Positions 59,305 through 61,147 of a stretch of 61,147 nt of DNA are shown one piece after another (within the stretch, counting starts at the first letter, position 1; each line of letters begins with the position of its first letter). The notes beneath the pieces are model-generated. The model did no database searches and was not told where the DNA came from. It was given only the letters and a program-made list of their open reading frames with translations. The DNA comes from Nemertoderma westbladi (lineage: Eukaryota; Animalia; Xenacoelomorpha), in assembly GCA_032718475.1 (NCBI GenBank), contig JAUCBJ010001273.1, positions 1-61,147 of the forward strand, read 5' to 3'. The position numbers were made by a program, and so were the translations under genes.

Positions 59305-61147
59305 ACTCAAAAACAAACTCCCCCCCGATAACGTTTATGTAGCTGACGACCACGAGTATACCGACCACGAATGTACTACCCGCCCATATCTATAGCAACG
59401 ACCAATCGCAATCGATTCTGTCAATTGTTCCAAACAGTGTAGTTGTTAACCTAGCAACATCGATATTAGTTACCACGGTAACATACAAACAATCTGATGC
59501 TCCTTAACTCGCCTTTCTATTTATTTCAAAAACTCATTGTTACTATAAACTTAACCGTACTACCAAAAATCTCAAAGTTATTTATTATGTCGTGTTTATC
59601 TATACCGGTATTTGTACTGCGGTGTTCTTTGGTTCAACTGCACTTAATTTAAATATTAAATTTGTATGTACTTATTATAATTACGCGATATGCAAGCATA
59701 ACTAATATGTTTTTAACATTCATTTGGGGGAAGTAACGCAATTCGACAAGATCGTTATGGGAATAAGCAAGACTCCGTATCGTTAGGTTCCCTTATTTAT
59801 TTAAATAAATTAATTAATACATTAGAACACCGACCGCAGAGAGGTATCACTACTACAAGATATGTCGTCATGTGGGTTAAGCTATATTTATCTAAAGGCG
59901 GCTCACAGCCGCCATAATGAACTTTGTCCTGAATTAGGAAGAATGTTGAAGGCGCGGCGCAGTGTGCCGCCTTTAACTTAATTACAAGTATGTTATAGTA
60001 ATATGAGTTATTACGAAAAAACAACCGCGAAAATAAACTTAAAGCAGCTCGTGTTGCCCTTAACGTAGCAGAATATAAGCTGGCTCTTCGTCAGCCATCA
60101 CCTGCGGATATGGTTTGTCCGTTTTCTCGCTGCGCGGAATGTAGTAACGAGGTGAAGAATCTTCTCGACGTTGACTGCATGCATTAGAATACTTTGGATT
60201 GGACTGTAGTGGCAGTAGTCTAGGAGGGGCCGTCTCAGTCGATACTTTTAATTAATATCAAACAACGCTATTCTATGCAGCTGCAAAATTAATCATCATA
60301 CCAGTTGTATTTGTTGTAATTTATTTGGGGGGATTCCAGCTGTGTATAATTTTTAAGTATAATTATTTAAATCATTTACTAGTAATAGTAGTAAACACTT
60401 AATTTCGGGTGTAAACGCTACGCCGACAACCGACAGCCGACAACCTGTTCGCGCTTTTAGACCTTTAGCAATTTAACCTGCCAATTTTAGGTGTCTTTTT
60501 GTATATCAATTATTTAATGTACTGAAGGTACATCAGCCGAAGCCAGCCTGTGCGCGACCATTCACCCACAGTTAAGGGAGACTGGATTCGGATGCTTTGA
60601 TAGTGATTGCAGTGTAGACCTACTGTATTATTCGATTGATCGTTACAGTAATATATAATCTCTGACAATATATTTACTTTCGGGGAAATATTAACAGTTC
60701 CTTTAGGACGTGGCGCTTTAAGTATAAAACAGAGTTATGACTTATACTAATCACAACTGGATGGCTACTGAGTTTCGTAAAAGGCGCATTCTTTAGGAGA
60801 TGCTTTATTAACCTTCACACTACTTCACACGACTTCACACTAGTTCACACTACTGCGCACTGATCTGCCGACCGTCACTGAATTTGATCATATTATAAGG
60901 AGGATCGCAACTGACACATGTAGGGATTATGAAATAGCATTCAATTCACACAAAAACCACTATAATGTAAGTCGCAGTTGCTACCGGTAAACCTGTTCCT
61001 CTAACCTTTAGTAATCAAAGAGATTGAGGGTTTTATGATTATTCATCGGTATTCTCCAAATATATCAGCAGTATATACCAACATAACACAGTAACACCAA
61101 TTAATAACAGAATCAAATAATGCGGTGAACAGTCAGTATGTGTAGTT

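Noticed and set aside
59305-61147. Further genes or a defined poly(A) site downstream of the LLTP stop
   Set aside because: Only weak candidates (ATTAAA about 59655, AATAAA about 59804), a short TTCACAC repeat near 60815-60850 and a featureless 75-aa ORF. None is supportable.

Overview
AT-rich, intron- and transposon-rich eukaryotic DNA, almost certainly from an invertebrate animal; it is not prokaryotic. About two thirds of the window (19680-59304, + strand) is one complete 41-exon gene that I spliced by hand. All introns are GT-AG with consistent phases, giving about 5,750 aa. The product is a secreted apolipophorin/apoB-type large lipid transfer protein: signal peptide, Vitellogenin_N/LLT, DUF1943, DUF1081, then VWD, C8-like and VWA-like domains. 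Its middle is a single 10,122-nt exon built from about 48 beta-rich modules, each carrying a C-x(3-7)-C pair, and it shows recent in-frame duplications. Several of its introns carry tandem arrays made from the gene's own exon/intron junction, with up to about 70 copies of a splice donor. One intron holds an inverted 231-bp copy of the end of the giant exon. Another holds a tRNA-derived SINE whose 36-bp cUUCGg-hairpin segment has been amplified about 117-fold. The first 18 kb contains a tandemly duplicated two-exon gene encoding a helical domain plus a beta-propeller-like domain (one copy intact at 551 aa, one frameshifted). It also holds decayed LINEs (RTE-like, CRE-like, and an APE-RT element with a 109-bp fold-back), MITEs, satellites and a small candidate tail-anchored membrane protein ORF. 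The long ORFs at 51-59 kb are minisatellite artefacts. Family assignments come from motif recognition, not database searches.
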